A DNA stretch of 63,741 nt, the filler included, from Sluysia triapertura (Eukaryota), in NCBI GenBank assembly GCA_046118255.1. It is 4 parts of 4 records of this genome, joined end to end, with 100 filler letters (N's around TTAATTAATTAA, not from the genome) between each part and the next. Parts side by side here need not be neighbours in the genome. Positions count along the whole stretch, not along the records: positions 12,101 to 34,428 come from JBJNIA010232898.1; positions 34,529 to 52,768 come from JBJNIA010165258.1; 2 more parts are not named here. One strand, 5' to 3'. A program made the translations under genes and the position numbers. Positions 26,816 through 40,319 of the stretch are shown piece after piece (position 1 is the first letter of the stretch; each line of letters opens with the position of its first letter). The notes under the pieces were generated by a model. The model saw only the letters and a list, made by a program, of their open reading frames with translations. It did not search any database and was not told where the DNA came from.

Positions 26816-27880
26816 TGTAGTGACCAACACTCACAACTTAAAATTTAACAAACACCACATCTAATAATCACAAGCTAAACTCCACCAAAATTTAATTTTC
26901 AAAACAATCACACTTTTTACTATCGAACTACACCAACACAATCACAATAAACAACACTCGATATTTATATCATCTCATTCACTCACACACATCAACAATT
27001 CCACTAACACTTTCAACCATCCACGACTCAACAAATTCCGGCATTTAACCTCGAATAATTCACAACATTCACTCATAAGATATTCTAACAAACAAGCCAA
27101 AATCACAGTATATTGTATACAAATTATAAACACAATAACACCATTCAACAACGTTAACAAGTACCTCAGAAACACAAATCATTTACATTAAAACCCTTAA
27201 TCAACTACACCAAGCTAAATTCACTTCATCTATACATATTTAGCATCAACATTTAATTTTAATAACAACATAAATACGTTAAGATTTATTTTGCAATCGT
27301 CATCTAGAACTAAAATAACTTCAACTTTTTAATAATCATCTCAAACTATTTTATTCAAGGATCAAATCTTATTTTTTTAATTACAAAATTTTAATAAAAT
27401 TCGCCAAGTTTTTCCAACATTCTTCGTTTCAATTACTACTCAACTCATTGCTATTTCATTAAAAAAGAAATAAATATTTCAAAGCTTTAAACAATTCATT
27501 ATCTTAACAAGAAGCGACAACGATAACCAAGACATAATATACCTCACTGTCGTTGTTTCTTCTCGCTATTCAATCAGTTTTATTTCTCTTATTTGTATTT
27601 ATATGTTAGAAGGCAAAGAATACAACAGAAAAAAGATCGTATTAAGGTTTTAAAGGATTTCATACGATCTTTTATTAATAATCTTTTATTAATCTTTTAT
27701 TAATAACAATGTTATTGTTATTATTATTGTTATCATTATCATTGTTATTGTTATTTTTACTATTAAATGTACAAATTACTTTAATAATAATAATAAATTT
27801 CATTAAACTAGTTGCTGCCGTCATCAGTGCTGTTTGCGTTGTTTAAAACTGTCATTAGAATGACAGCACTGATGACGGTG
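26816..27880 (+). mobile_element. Diverged member of the TGTRGTG-terminus repeat family
   Basis: Starts tgtagtgaccaacac, CA-rich body, ends at hairpin ccgtcatcagtgctgt...acagcactgatgacgg resembling 22920-22986. Confidence 0.45.
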
Positions 27881-27922
27881 GTTGATTTGTGAATAATTAC
27901 CAAAAATTAATTTTTGTCATCG

Positions 27923-27972
27923 CCCAATCAGAGTGCATATAATCCTCAATATTCTTAAATACTCTGATTGGG
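27923..27972 (+). promoter_or_regulatory. Inverted CCAAT module CCCAATCAGAGT-N26-ACTCTGATTGGG
   Basis: Perfect 12-bp arms; CATATAAT directly inside the left arm; second copy at 53507-53556. Function inferred. Confidence 0.5.
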
Positions 27973-27999
27973 CAGTCTAAGAAAAAAATTTGTATCAAT

Positions 28000-29334
28000 A
28001 GCAAGCAGTAATAATGAGATTTGACAAGCAATCAGAAATTCAACATAATGAACTATTATTAGATAGGCACAAAAGTTTGATATACAATATACAGTAAATC
28101 TCAAAAAAAAGAATCGAAATATATTAGATTTGAACTTAACAGTCAAAATAAATTCATTAATGATGCTAATGGCTAAATGGCCGAGACATTCTTTCAAACT
28201 CAATGTAAGGAAAGTTATGTTCATACAATCTTCGAAATTAATAATCACAACTTCTGATGTTGGATATATGATCTTGTGGAGGAAATTATCAGTTGTGAAT
28301 GTGTCAATGAAATATTTAGTTATGTTTCACTACCATGCTCTTCCCAATTGTCAGAGATATATCAATATAAGTCATGATCATTTATTCCAGATACAAGAAT
28401 CCCAATTTGATATTAGTAAAATGAAAGTCTACATGGTCGCGACCAGAAGCGTTGGATTCAAACAATACTCTATCTATTATGCCTTTGTTGAATCACTATT
28501 ATACCTAATGAGCTAAGAATACAAACTCAACATGAATCAAATATATAATACACTTAATGATTATTATGTTAGTAATATTACGCAATATGGAATGAACCAG
28601 TACCTGAGAAATGTTTCGGTAAACGAAGAATTTATAAAAGTGGTCAACGAAATTTTTCATGAAGCTGTATCTATCAATGTAAGCTTTAATTTCGTACATA
28701 CATTGACTTTTAATTTAGTCTATCAATTTTGTATACCTAGCACCTGGATCAATGAAGCTCAACAATGTTGCCGGCAAGGTCTACAAGGAAAATACAAGGA
28801 GAAGACAAACTCTTTAATATTAACATAATTGATTTTTATTTACGAACTTTAACATTAAATGCTATATCAATAAAAATTCATGTTGTTAATCGCGATTTTC
28901 TTACATTATTTATAAAAGATAAATCATTGTTTCGTAGTTACTTAAAATTTCATAGTGATAAATTTTTTAATAATCTTAAAATTCAATACGTAGAGTTTAT
29001 ATATAAAGAAATTAAAGATTTTAAACTTTCGAATAGTGAAATGACCGAGACTCAGTCTCTAAATAATAAAAGACAATTTACGAGCTCCAGGATAATTTTG
29101 TATATATTTCCTCCAAAGTAAAATAATAAAATGATTGTTAATATATTAGACCTTTCTGTCAAGATAATTCACAACCAATATATTGACACTTATATTGTCG
29201 TTCTCTTCAAACAACATCTTACCAAGTCCATATTGACAGACGAATTTCGAAATATTTCTAAACGCCCTAAAAACCTTTACAATCTAACACAAAACTCTAC
29301 AATAATGATACAATGTAAAAGGAAAAATGGATAA
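28000..29334 (+). pseudogene. Run of broken plus-strand ORFs, unidentified
   Basis: Consecutive ORFs 28130-28516, 28532-28828 (same frame, one stop between), 28765-29121 and 29131-29334 suggest one decayed gene. Confidence 0.35.
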
Positions 29335-31501
29335 GAATAAACATATATACAAACGTACCAATTATATTCATATATAAATATACACGTACATACAAAGAAG
29401 CGGAGAGTGAAATATAAGGTAGTTGCGACAATAAATAAGGTTATAACGATAATAAACATAAAATTAGAATAAAAAAGCGTTAATATCTAGTTTAATATGA
29501 TATTATGAATTTATTGTGAGAATTATTATTATTTTAATAGAAATTATTATGATAATAATAAACACAACTAGTGATAATTATATACAATGACGAAATTTAT
29601 GTTTTGAATGAATCGAGTAATTTGTTTAGCATTTTGTTTATGTAAGAAATGTTCATTTGTGATGAAACGTGTTTGTGATTTTGATGTGAAAATGTGATGT
29701 TCACTACATGAGCATAATATGCCTCATTAGGGCTTGTTCGTGTATGATACAGTTCACAATTAGACCCTGACATTTCGTTTTCGTTTACACAGTACTCTGG
29801 AAATAATGTTTTCTTATCTTTCAACATTTCACACTTGCGATTACATTCGATAGAAATTGCCCGTTTATCAATTGAATCAACTATATTAAGAAATTGATAT
29901 TTATTTCGCTTAGCTATTCTTTCCTCTTAGAATGATTAATTTCAGTAATTTTTCTCTAAATATATCAGCATCGTTCAAAATCGAATCTTTATTCATTTCA
30001 CTGTAAGACATATCTATAATTTTGAAAAATTTGTAAAACTTTTAATCTTAACAAAAAAAACTGAAAATAAAGTCTAAAAGTCAAATATAAAAGATAAAAT
30101 ATAAAATCAGTACTTTTTAACTTCAAATTTAGCTATTAGTCCAGATCTTGTTCTTTCAGATTATTGTCTATTTCTATAAAAGACTTATTTTATTCAGATA
30201 TAAGATCACACGAAAAATAAATATGAATAATTTTTCGTTTCTAAATGAAGTTGTTCCACCATCAGTGATACGACACGACACGACACGACACTGACACGTT
30301 TGGTCATAATTTGAGTAATAAATTTATGTGAAAAGTCATTTTTATTTAATAAAGTTACGACGTTTTGACAAATTCAAATCGAATTCAAATCGAATAGATT
30401 TACATATTTAATTTTTTTTGCAACAAATGCACTTGACTGGTGTAAAAATACCGTGTAATATGGAAGAACACATTCAAAAATGCTTATTCCTGTGTTAAGT
30501 ATTCAAATTTAATTAAAAACTTTCAGAAAAGAGTAAAGTCTTATCATAATTGATGCTAGATTCGTATATATTCGTGCAAAACAAATCAAAGAAATCGTAG
30601 AATAATGCATTTGGAAGGAAACAAATAAATAACTAAAATATTTAGGGATTGCACTTTTTACATAGAAAATTAATTATTTTTAAAATAATATATGATCATA
30701 TTTTAATATTACTTACATATTAAAGATTATTATTTAAAATCAATTTATTATGATTTTCAATTAAATATTAAATACTTCCTATAATGCATAGTATGCATTA
30801 ATTTATTATCTTTGTAATTGTTTCTAAATTTCATTAAATACTTAAGTACAACTAAATAGTTTTTTCATTACAGAACATAGCCTTTCTATAAATAAGTGCA
30901 AAATATTTAATATTTTCATCTGATATTTAAATCACTTAAATATTATTAGAGGAAAAGAAATATAGAGATAAAGAAATTACATTAAAAATATTAATACTTA
31001 TATGGGTAAATAAATGTAGATATAAATATCAAATTTTTACTTGAAATTTTTTTATGCTTATTGGAGTAAATAATAACATTTCCGTTATATTTATTTTAGT
31101 TTCAAAATAAGAAATATTTCAACAAATATTATCTGTAAAATTAATTATTGATTTTATGTATTAACGTATAAAGAAAATAAATACTTATTTCAACTATATT
31201 TAGCAAACCGTTTTGTTCCTAAGGATTACAAGATCTTTCAGTTGGTCTTCGAAATAATTCTTGATAATAAGCACGAATTCAGAAGAATTTTCAAAGTTCT
31301 GCTTTCATATGAACTTTAAGTGTTCGTACAATCGTGTATTAGTATTAGTATACTATCATGAAAATAAAAATAAGAAATGTTTTTTTAGTTTTTTCAATTT
31401 TATTATCACTAAATTTTTTCGAAGAATAATTTGCTTACCAAATCATTCTATTTGTAAACCTTTAAAATCATAAATTTTCGAAAAAAGTTATTTTCCAAAG
31501 C

Positions 31502-31556
31502 TTCTAGAAGATTCTGGAATTCTACTTTTTTGTGATTGGCCACTGGCTAGTATAAA
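31502..31556 (+). promoter_or_regulatory. Heat-shock element plus ATTGG plus TATA module within a dispersed repeat
   Basis: TTCtaGAAgaTTCtgGAA (four alternating nGAAn units) 31502-31519, ATTGG 31535-31539, TATAAA 31551-31556. Confidence 0.6.
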
Positions 31557-34428
31557 CATTAGCGTGAGTTGAAAAACAGTAATACAATTTGCCAATTTGA
31601 AAATACTCTTGTTATTCATAGTAACAAAACTTAGTACTACTCGTAAGAGTAAAATATTAAAATTAAGATAAAATCTTTTAGAATTCTTGATTGTCCGATT
31701 TAATGAGAGGAAAAATTATTTATTAAATTTCATTTGAGCTAAATTATAAATACTGGAAGAATATTTTTTATTTTACATACTGATTAGCCTTTAATATTCG
31801 TCTTTAAATCTCGAATTTATTATTTCTTGCTGTTAGTCCTTAACTTGGATTCATGCAATTATATTATTTTCTAAAGGGTTCACCTGTAATCTTGCGATTT
31901 ATATCCCTACGAAAGACACAGCTACAGGTTCTTTTAGTCAATTAACTACAGAAAGAATTCCGTAATCAATACTATGAAATGCAATTGATGGTCTTTAATC
32001 AATGTTTGGTAAAACTATCTTTTACAAAGTTTAATTCTCAATTTCTCTTATCGTTGTTACTTTATTTTATTAATTTTAAACAAATAATTCTCTTATTAAA
32101 AATTATTCTAATTGAGAAACTTTAATAATTCTTCAGAAAGATATGTAATAAATATTTAAATTATTCCACGTAATAAATTTCAAACAAAAAAAAACGAAAT
32201 TAACTAACAAAAGTTTATCTAATATAATAAATACAAAAACCATATTATTCACAAAAATTTCTTTATTCAAATATCTTCACGTAATGTAAATTTCCAATTG
32301 TAAAACAAAGTTAAACAACTAATGTTTATTATACAAAAAATTATAATATTCACAGAAGAAAAAATAATAATAAAATTATTACTCAAGATTTCCCTTAGTA
32401 GTTTACAAAATTTAGTTTAATATTGAGCCAAGAGTTATTCTCGGATTTTCAAAAGATAGTGATTTTGAGACAAAAATTATTAATGTCTAATCTTATAAGA
32501 AATAGCTTTGAACATGGATCTTCGATATTCAAATATTGTCGATAAAGTTGATTAGCACAGCTTCAACAATAATATAATTTCCGTTTAAGATTAAAATACT
32601 GAGTAGAATATTAAAATACGGTAGAATATTCGTCTCGATTGTATTTTTTGTGTGTAAATGATTAATAACTAATATTTAGAAGCCATGATAAAAATGCAAA
32701 TTTTATTTATTTTTTATTTCTTTAATAAAAATATTTCAACAATGAAAAAAATCTTTTATTTCATTAATATAATAAAAATATAATCAAATTACTAGTAAAT
32801 GCATTTAAGTGTCTTTAATTATTAATTAATATAATTATTTGGTACTAGATTAAATAATTTTATAAATTAAATTTTATTTACAAATTAATAAAATTTTAAT
32901 ATTTTTTTACAATAATTAAAGTATAAACACATTTTATATATATATTTTTATTCTTTACATTATCATTTTTATCATTTTTATTGTTTGGTGAATGAAAACC
33001 GACATGAATTTGTTATTTTGTGAATTTGTTGTAATATATTAATTATTAAATTAGTTAGTAGTGAAACCTAAACTTACAATATTTGAGTAACATTATGAAA
33101 GTAAGTAAGAATCTGTTACATAGATTAGTTAATTAAGAAACGAAATTGATTGGAAAGTAAGCATAGATTTTCCATTAAAGTGCAAAGCAATTAAATTTCG
33201 GTACAAATATTCGTTTGATAAGACGAAGTTGTAAGGATAAGCTATACAAAGTTACCTTTACATATTAAAATTGTTCATTTATAGTTGCAGTTACACCCAC
33301 TATACATTGTTAGTCGCATATTTTAACCAAACCCTACTAAAATTTGTAGATTACGAACAAGAATATATTATATATTCATTTATAATTTCGATATTATTTT
33401 AATAATCATTGATCTATATTCAGAGTTTTTCATATTTTTGCTATTTTTTCCTTAATAAAATGTAATAAACAAAACAAATACCTTTTCACTACTCAATGAA
33501 TGTATTATAATATATAATGATGGCATGTAATTTTCCACTATCTCATTTATACTTGTATATTCATGCTTTACATTTAATTTCTTCAGATATATATCAAATA
33601 ATTTGCATAGTTTAATGAGACATGCATAAATAAAGTAAGAGCATTTGTTCTATTAATTTGGACTAAAAATAAGAATCTGAAGTGTCAGTGGATACAATTG
33701 AAAAAGCATCCTTCCATTCGTTATAATGGTCCAATAAAATTCATGATTCACACATATTCACAAATTCTTATTTTTGGCCACCAACAATAAGCTTTAATCA
33801 ATACATATGTTATAATTTGTTTACACCTTCAAAGCTCAATATTTCATATTCCAATATTACTAAACAACTCATAATGTTGACAGTTTCGTCTTCGTTTTCT
33901 GATTGAATGTTTAATGAAACAGCTCATCTACAATTATTTTATCTCTAACAATTGATAAATAAGAAGAAACAAATTGTTTCACTCCTTTTTCATCCTGGAT
34001 TACCTAATTTTCTGATAGTTTCTAATTTTCACAAGATTATTCTTTGTATTTACTTAACTCCAACTTTTTTGGGGAGTCATTAAAACAATTCTTGTTAGTA
34101 CATTTTGCAATAAAAAAATAATCAATGCTTTTAAATACATTTATGTTATTCCTAATGTTACATTTTCATAAATATTTTTTAATGTCAAAATTGCCAATTT
34201 TGTTTTGGCATAAGTTATCTTAATTATTTCGAATCTTATCTTAGAAATGTTGTTTCGATACAATTTTTTAATTAATTGGGTTCTATAAGTATTCGACAAG
34301 TTCACTTTTTGTTAGATACATATCTTAAACTCATTATTAGTCAGTGATAATGGATAAAGCAAAATATTTACTTGAAATTGCCCTTTCAAATATTTCGTAA
34401 AACAAAAGAAATAATTTGTTCTGATATA

Positions 34429-34528
34429 NNNNNNNNNNNNNNNNNNNNNNNNNNNNNNNNNNNNNNNNNNNNTTAATTAATTAANNNNNNNNNNNNNNNN
34501 NNNNNNNNNNNNNNNNNNNNNNNNNNNN
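34429..34528. other. Artificial contig spacer
   Basis: 44 N + TTAATTAATTAA + 44 N. Confidence 0.97.
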
Positions 34529-35859
34529 TCTTTTATTTTAACTCTATTTGGTCTTGATTCCGGACAATCTTCGGTGTCTAATAAAGAGAACTTTCTTCCA
34601 ATTTGAGGTTGGCTACAATCAAAAGTTTTTATAGCATGAGTTTTATGTATTCCAAAAATGCTAACAGAACAATTATAAATAACATATTTACAGTAAATTT
34701 ATTGCTTGCTAAGAAAATCGATGTCTCATGAAAAATGATCGATTTTAATTTATAAAATTAAAAAATATTTTATTTTTATATCGGCACTTGGTAAGCTGAT
34801 AGGCTTGCTGCCAATAAGATTCTTATAATAACGAAACTATCGAATAAATAATAAATCAATTTCAAATCTCTCTAAGCTTAAAAACACTGCATTTATTTTA
34901 ATTCAGTTTTATTATCTAAATAAAGCATAACTTGACGTCTAATTTTCCACTGTGACTGTGTGTGCGATTTTTGATCTTGTTTCTCATCAAATTTATTTCA
35001 CATTAATTCCGTTATATTTCAATTTTTATCACAATTATTACTGTTATTATTATTAGGAGTATAAATTCTGTCTTTAATTTCTGGACGTTGAAATTAATTA
35101 AGTTGAAGCGAATTTTATTCTATTTAAAAATATTTGTTTATTTTAGTCAGTCATTTTGTTTAAATAATATCAAAAAGAATAGATTTTAAAAACGCGAATA
35201 AGGTGAAAATGACACTTCATTCGTTGTCCACAGGGTTTCAGTATGTAGGTCAAATATGGAATTATACTTGCAACAATTCTGAGTTACTAGGCTAGATTAA
35301 TAAACGATCTTAAGACCTTTAAAATAGCACTGATAATAGTAGTTTAGCGATGTGTAAAATATATAATTCGACATATTTTAAATAATTTACAACTATAAAA
35401 ATAAATGTACTTTTATTTTAAAATAAGACAAAATATAATGCCGTAAAATTAAAAATTTTGAGGGTTATTTTAATGTAATAAAATTAAAAGAGCGCGTACA
35501 AATTATTCGATAAAAGTTAAAGTAAACTACAATGCTTTTACTAAACTAAAACTTTTAAAATGATACTCAAAAATGAATTACAAAAGATTTTGCGTCGTGT
35601 TAAATCACAGTAAAAGTCGTGAAAGTCCATATGATCAACTGTATTAATTCAAAGTTAATTTAATTTCAAAAATTATAAATTCAAAATGATTATTAATATT
35701 TTAATAATGAATCAAGTCTTCAGAGCCTTTTTGAAATATTTATTATTATTATTATAACATTAGTTTTATGTTAATACATGTATAATAATTAGTCTAATTT
35801 TTTAAAACTTTTTTATAAAAGATTAGTAAGTAAAATTACTCGGTGGTTCTCGGTAAATA

Positions 35860-36290
35860 TTGTGTTTCTGAATCGAGATCTGCAGGTGGGCTTTGTAGGA
35901 AATCTGAATATCGACTTATCTTGATTTTTCATTTCCTCTTTTGATAGTTTATTATTGATGACTGGCGGTGATTTTTCATTAGTAAAATTTTGAATAACGG
36001 TTTACAATTTGTTGCACAGTGTCCACATTTATTACAATTGTCACAAATGATCTATTATATCTATAATATTAATAATAATAATAATTATAATTATTATTAT
36101 TATTATTATATTGGTTACGATAGGTCAAAGAATTATTAGATTTATTATAATTTTGCGAATTATATCTATTGTTGATTGTGGAGTTATCCATCTATTGGAA
36201 TGATTAGAATTATCTTTATTATTATCATTCTATCCCTTTTATAATAATCCCCAATATCATCATCACGTGCTTTGCCTATAATGTGTTATT
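35860..36290 (-). mobile_element. Gag-like remnant with CCHC zinc knuckle
   Basis: Minus strand 36001-36051 reads IICDNCNKCGHCATNCK (CX2CX4HX4C), preceded by an Asn-rich broken frame. Confidence 0.55.
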
Positions 36291-36844
36291 TATTATAAAA
36301 GAAAGAAAAATTTTACTACTTTTTTAAGCACTGAATATTGAAATTGGAATTGGGAGTGTCGAATATTAAACATTTGGGTATTTTCTTTCAAATATTGATC
36401 AATTATTGGATAAATCCAAATTCCGACTGAATATTATTGAAAATCTTATAAGTACAATATTCTGAAGATAAATTATAATTTAAAATTAATACAATTTTAG
36501 TAAAGTGTTCATTATGGGTGGTACTTTTATTATTGTCATAAATCTTAGAAATAAATTTATTTTATTTGAGACTTTGAGTGAAAATTATAAAATTTCATTT
36601 GTCTTTTCCATCTCTAACAACAGAGACGAGTTAGAATCACGATTTATTAGATAAAGACTGTTTGCATTAAGGATTTAAAATAATTTATTATTATTATGTT
36701 TCTTTAGTTTGATTATTGTCTCAAATTTTGATATTCGATGCTGTCTATGCGCTATTTATATTATTTTATTAAGGTTGGGGTAAAAGGCCTAAAGTGCCAT
36801 GATGGTATATTGACTATGATAAAATAAAATTGATATTTTATTTA

Positions 36845-36927
36845 TTAGCTCAGTGGTAGAGCAACGAACTGTGCAGCAAGATGTCCCAGGTTCGATCCCC
36901 GGTCAATCCATTTTATGAAGTCTAACA
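36845..36927 (+). mobile_element. tRNA-derived repeat (SINE head or pseudo-tRNA), copy 1
   Basis: A box TAGCTCAGTGGTAGAGC, B box GGTTCGATCCC, then GGTCAATCCATTTTATGAAGTCTAACA; 5' acceptor strand missing. Confidence 0.75.
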
Positions 36928-37786
36928 TTAATATTACTTTTTTATGATTTATTATTATTATTATTAATAAATTAATTATTTTTATTTTTATTTCTTATCA
37001 GTTGTTACAAAACTAATTATTGCGCTAATAGGATTAATTATTATTAAAATATTAAAAATATAAAAAAATGCGAAATAATTATATGAAATTATTATTATTA
37101 TTATTATATAAATCACTCTCTCTAATTTTGATGTTTAGAGTGACTTCTGCGACTCCCATCTCAAAAACTCGGTTTTCATCAACTGAATTAGCATTTTTAC
37201 CTCACAAAAGTACATATATTGTGATCACGTAATTGTATTCCATCTCTATTTCTATCTTCAATTATTGTTTTAATTCTTATTTTAGCACAAGTACACTAAG
37301 TGATTCTTAAAGTGTATCTATTCAAGGTATTAATTTTACAATACATATTGTCGCAACACATTAGGACTTGATCTGGTATTAGAAATATTTTCTTTCTTTT
37401 TCATATAGATTCGTGTGGAGTGTGTACTGATTACAAATAAGTAATGATTTGAATTTGTTTATATTCATATTTCAAGCATTTATTTTGATGTCACTGTTCG
37501 ATTATCGAATATTATTATTATTATTATTATTATTATTTAGTTTGACCTTGACATATACTGGAATATTTAAACGTGGTGCTACATGTAAAAATTACCAGGA
37601 CATTATAGCAGGATACAAATGTGCCATTACCTTCCGGTTATCGAGATGGATTAATAAAGTAACGGAATTAGAAGTAATGTTTATATTTAGTTTCTGGATC
37701 GATTTTACATGTTTGTTTATAAATAATTGATTTTTCACGCATATGTTATATGTCGTGCGACTTAGTTTTAAAGCAAAATTAGTAGA

Positions 37787-37870
37787 TTTCTGTTAAACTT
37801 CATGAAATGGACTGACCGGGAATCGAATCCAGGACCTTTTTGCATAACACCTGTGCACTGAACTATCAGC
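37787..37870 (-). mobile_element. tRNA-derived repeat, copy 2
   Basis: Minus strand GGTCCTGGATTCGATTCCCGGTCAGTCCATTTCATGAAGTTTAACAGAAA matches the copy 1 B box and tail. Confidence 0.7.
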
Positions 37871-39026
37871 TCCGTCTAACAATTTTGTTTTATTATAATC
37901 AATTATACTATCATTTTAAAAATGAATTTAATTCAAAAGTGCCATCTTGTGCTAATATTCTTTTAATATTTCTCAGATCCTTTATGTATATCACATTATA
38001 TTCAAGCAAATCTCTAAACCGGTATTTTGGAATTCCACTTGTTTAAGTGATTCCTCCATTGTTCTAAGACGTTGCTGCCCTAGATTAACAATTATCTATA
38101 AATACTCTTGCGAAACAACGATCTCTTTCAAAAAAACAATCGTCCAATTATTAATTGTCTTGTTCGAAGCGACTGTATTTTCTGGTGACAAATAATAGGT
38201 CGAACATAACCCTTGAGTCCACAATAATCACTGAAATTGGATCATGACTCATTGATGCACGTTCGACTGATGGAGTCGCTGTTTACCACTTTCAACTGTG
38301 ACAATAGCACAACATAAATATTTTACTTGATTGTGTATTATATTAGATTAAATCTCGAACTTACGTGGAATTGTCATCAAATAAAACTATAAAAAAGAAA
38401 AAATTATTTCATTTGTAAAGTGATGATAAAATAATTAAATAAAAACTTTAAATAACAATGAAATTAAGATGAAACAAACAAAATTATTCATATAATAGAA
38501 AGTCACTTTACATCGTCAATTTAGCTAGAATATAAGAAAGACCATGTGCAATAATGATAATAATATAGTTTTTAAACATTAAAATATACTGCGGAGTCCC
38601 GACAAATTCGAATTTAGTACAGAAAATCTTGTCGGGCAAGTCCCGTCATTTCCATTCATTTCTACAATGAATATATTACATGTTATTATATATTGTATAA
38701 CATAATTTTGAATTATTAATGGTTCATTTAGATGAGCGTTATTCACGAATCAGAATGCATGAATGATTTGAAACGATGCAGCTGTTTAATGCGTCTATTG
38801 ACAGAATTAGTTTCCCAGTACAATCTGCGACAGATGTACTCCTCCGATAGTTGCCACGAATCGGTTATTGCGGAACTGGTGGAGTTGATGAGGGACATTT
38901 GTAGGTTAGTTTGAAAGTACTCGCCATGAAACAATGAACACTGGAACTTGATGGTGTATTTAATTACAAGACAATCATTGATTATTTAGTCAGAAGAAGT
39001 TGAAAGAATTGAAAGAATTTTTCAAT

Positions 39027-39104
39027 ATTTCTGTTAGACTTCATAAAATTGACTGACCGAAAATCGAGCTTAGGACCTTCTCGCTTCACAGCTGTGCAGT
39101 TCGA
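39027..39104 (-). mobile_element. tRNA-derived repeat, copy 3
   Basis: Minus strand CGAACTG...GGTCCTAAGCTCGATTTTCGGTCAGTCAATTTTATGAAGTCTAACAGAAA. Confidence 0.65.
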
Positions 39105-39378
39105 TGTAAGAAACCATGTATTAATATAGTAGGAAGGAAGGTTTCATTTATCTTCACTCTAGGATACAGGGATTTCTCTATAGACTTCAGACTTTATGGT
39201 CTTACATAGTCTTCAGTGTAGACTTACAAAGCTTCACTACAGTCTTTATCCTTCACCGTCTTTTAATCTTCACTATGTTTTTATATATAGCTTCACCATA
39301 TTCTTTCTTATCTTCAAACTACTTCACCGTGGGTTTATATGTTTTTTATTATGGATTATTTAGGTCATATCGTTTTTT

Positions 39379-39715
39379 TTAATTGTGATATTTCCATTTA
39401 TCGCCAGGCAATCTTTTGCCAGGGCCTTGAGCAATATGTCGTTTTCGGGAACCCTTTATCTCAGGACGCCAACAACGAGTGCTGGACATATTATTGCAAC
39501 TTCTCTCGTATCTAGCGGCATTGGTGGACTGAGCAATTTCAAAGTTCTTCATGAAGTCCATTGGGATTTCTTAGGTCGATCAGGAACAATTGGGATGAGG
39601 AGGTGCGGGGATATCTGTGATTGGCGTGGGTGAGCCCTTGGTGATTGAGGATCTTGTCGTGTCTCACTGTTCTAGCAGAACTTGTGTGTGAGCACAGGCA
39701 GAGTACATGCAGAGT
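39379..39715 (-). mobile_element. 3' remnant of a restriction-like-endonuclease non-LTR retrotransposon (NeSL/Utopia/R2-like)
   Basis: GC-richer island; minus strand HVLCLCSHTSSARTVRHDKILNH (zinc-knuckle end plus RHD) and ALVVGVLR*RVPENDILL (REL endonuclease tail). Confidence 0.65.
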
Positions 39716-39909
39716 ACATCATTATTTTAAATGGCATTTTAGGCCTCTATTCCAAATTTTCATTGGAGAATACATTGATTGGACGAATGAAAGTTGTTTA
39801 TTTGTTAATGTGTTTCTCATTTCCATTATATATATTTATAATTTCCAAATTTTTCAATCTACAACATTAAAACTGTGTTGTGTGCATTTAGGTTTATATT
39901 AAATTAAGA

Positions 39910-40265
39910 TTGTGCTGTTTCAACCTTTTCCACTTAACATTTTCCACTAACGAATAAACTAAACAGCACTCTCACTCACAACTACAATATCACATATGAA
40001 AGAAGAACACAATCACATAAATATTTAACCACATCAACATGTAGAAACTTCAAAAATTTCTTGTCGCCTAGAATCAGAACACAGATTGATTGAGGAACGA
40101 ACTCAAATTAATATTACTTTGAATGATGATACTTGGACTTACTTGGAACGTATCGCTATCTTTTGAAACTATGACATTACCTAAATGTGGTATGGATATA
40201 TATGTTATAAATTATCCTTGTGGCCGATTTCGAATGACGCCGTATTGGCCAGCATTTTACGATTA

Positions 40266-40319
<54 letters not shown>

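Noticed and set aside
36845-36910. Functional tRNA gene
   Set aside because: No 5' acceptor strand and a poor anticodon stem; shares a non-tRNA tail with two degenerate neighbours.
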